From assembly GCA_023205875.1 (NCBI GenBank), contig CP060757.1:868001-932000 (forward strand): a stretch of DNA of 64,000 bases, read 5' to 3'. Under the pieces are notes generated by a model. That model saw only the letters and a list, made by a program, of their open reading frames with translations. It was not told the origin of the DNA and made no database searches. Positions within the stretch are counted from its first letter, which is position 1; every line of letters starts with the position of its first letter. The DNA is from Chloropicon primus (Eukaryota). This document shows, one piece after another, positions 63,443 to 64,000 of the stretch. Position numbers and translations under genes: made by a program.

Positions 63443-64000
63443 TCAGATGTGGATATGGTGCATGCACACCAAGTCCCTCGTGTCTGCCCCCGACCTGCAG
63501 AGGGGGCATTCCTCCTTTTGGTTGCACCAGTGGAGTATGCAGGACCAACAGAACACGTGGCCGCATGGGGTTGAAGTTGGGAACTCCACGTTCGAGAGGC
63601 AGAGAGGGCACTTCGCTTCGTGTTCCAGCGCCGCGTCAGAGCTTTGGCTCGCTGGAGCTCGCTCCGACTTTTCCTTGTTGCTGAAAAACTTCAAGTTTCC
63701 CTCGCTGCCCCCTTGCCCATCACTCTCAAGGGACTCTGAAGCGGAGTGCCTCCTCTCCACGTACTTGACGAACTCTGCCAGGATCAGAAACCAGCCCAGA
63801 ATCCTGTAGTGAGGCTGCCTCTCGGTCTTGCTGATCTCGTCGTACGAGAAGAAGGAGACGCGGCTCAGCCTGTAGGCCAGCTGGGGGAACAAGCCGTTGA
63901 GGAAGAAAACGAGGAGGCAGCCCCGCTCTGCGGCCTGCAGAATTCCGAAGAGTGCTGAGGACAGCTCGTAAGAACTGAGCTGGGGCAGAAACCTCCCCCC
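63443..64000 (-). CDS. PEX10: Peroxin PEX10-like RING protein (3' part, truncated by the window)
   Basis: QLAYRLSRV...PHYRILG followed by a C3HC4 RING, CPLCL...TPCGHVFCWSCI..WC...ECPLCR. Confidence 0.8.
   Translation of the reverse strand, partial: GGRFLPQLSSYELSSALFGILQAAERGCLLVFFLNGLFPQLAYRLSRVSFFSYDEISKTERQPHYRILGWFLILAEFVKYVERRHSASESLESDGQGGSEGNLKFFSNKEKSERAPASQSSDAALEHEAKCPLCLSNVEFPTSTPCGHVFCWSCILHWCNQKEECPLCRSGADTRDLVCMHHIHI

Overview
A very gene-dense eukaryotic nuclear segment with about 37 protein-coding genes in 64 kb and short intergenic gaps. Short GT-AG introns fall mostly in small genes, TGTAA poly(A)-signal motifs follow many stop codons, and CT/GT microsatellites are common. 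Gene content (HCAR, CtpA, plastid RPS5, myosin XI, AP2 factor, homomeric ACCase, SLBP) indicates a compact-genome green alga; a Chloropicon-like picoalga is my inference. I found no rRNA, tRNA, CRISPR array or transposon. Top observation: one uninterrupted ORF fuses both subunits of the cytosolic tRNA 2-thiouridylase (CTU2 then CTU1). It sits tail-to-tail with the cytosolic Fe-S assembly factor NAR1, which is head-to-head with the Fe-S enzyme HCAR. Also notable: a bacterial-type single-domain globin with four non-canonical introns, two channels with degenerate selectivity filters, a divergent RPL24/RPL30 pair like that of budding yeast, near-overlapping SLBP/AMMECR1 starts, a young intragenic tandem array, and PRC1 RING1, COMMD3, FOR20 and DUF1802 homologues. 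All product calls come from motif recognition by eye, and exon structures were inferred by hand from splice signals and frame continuity.
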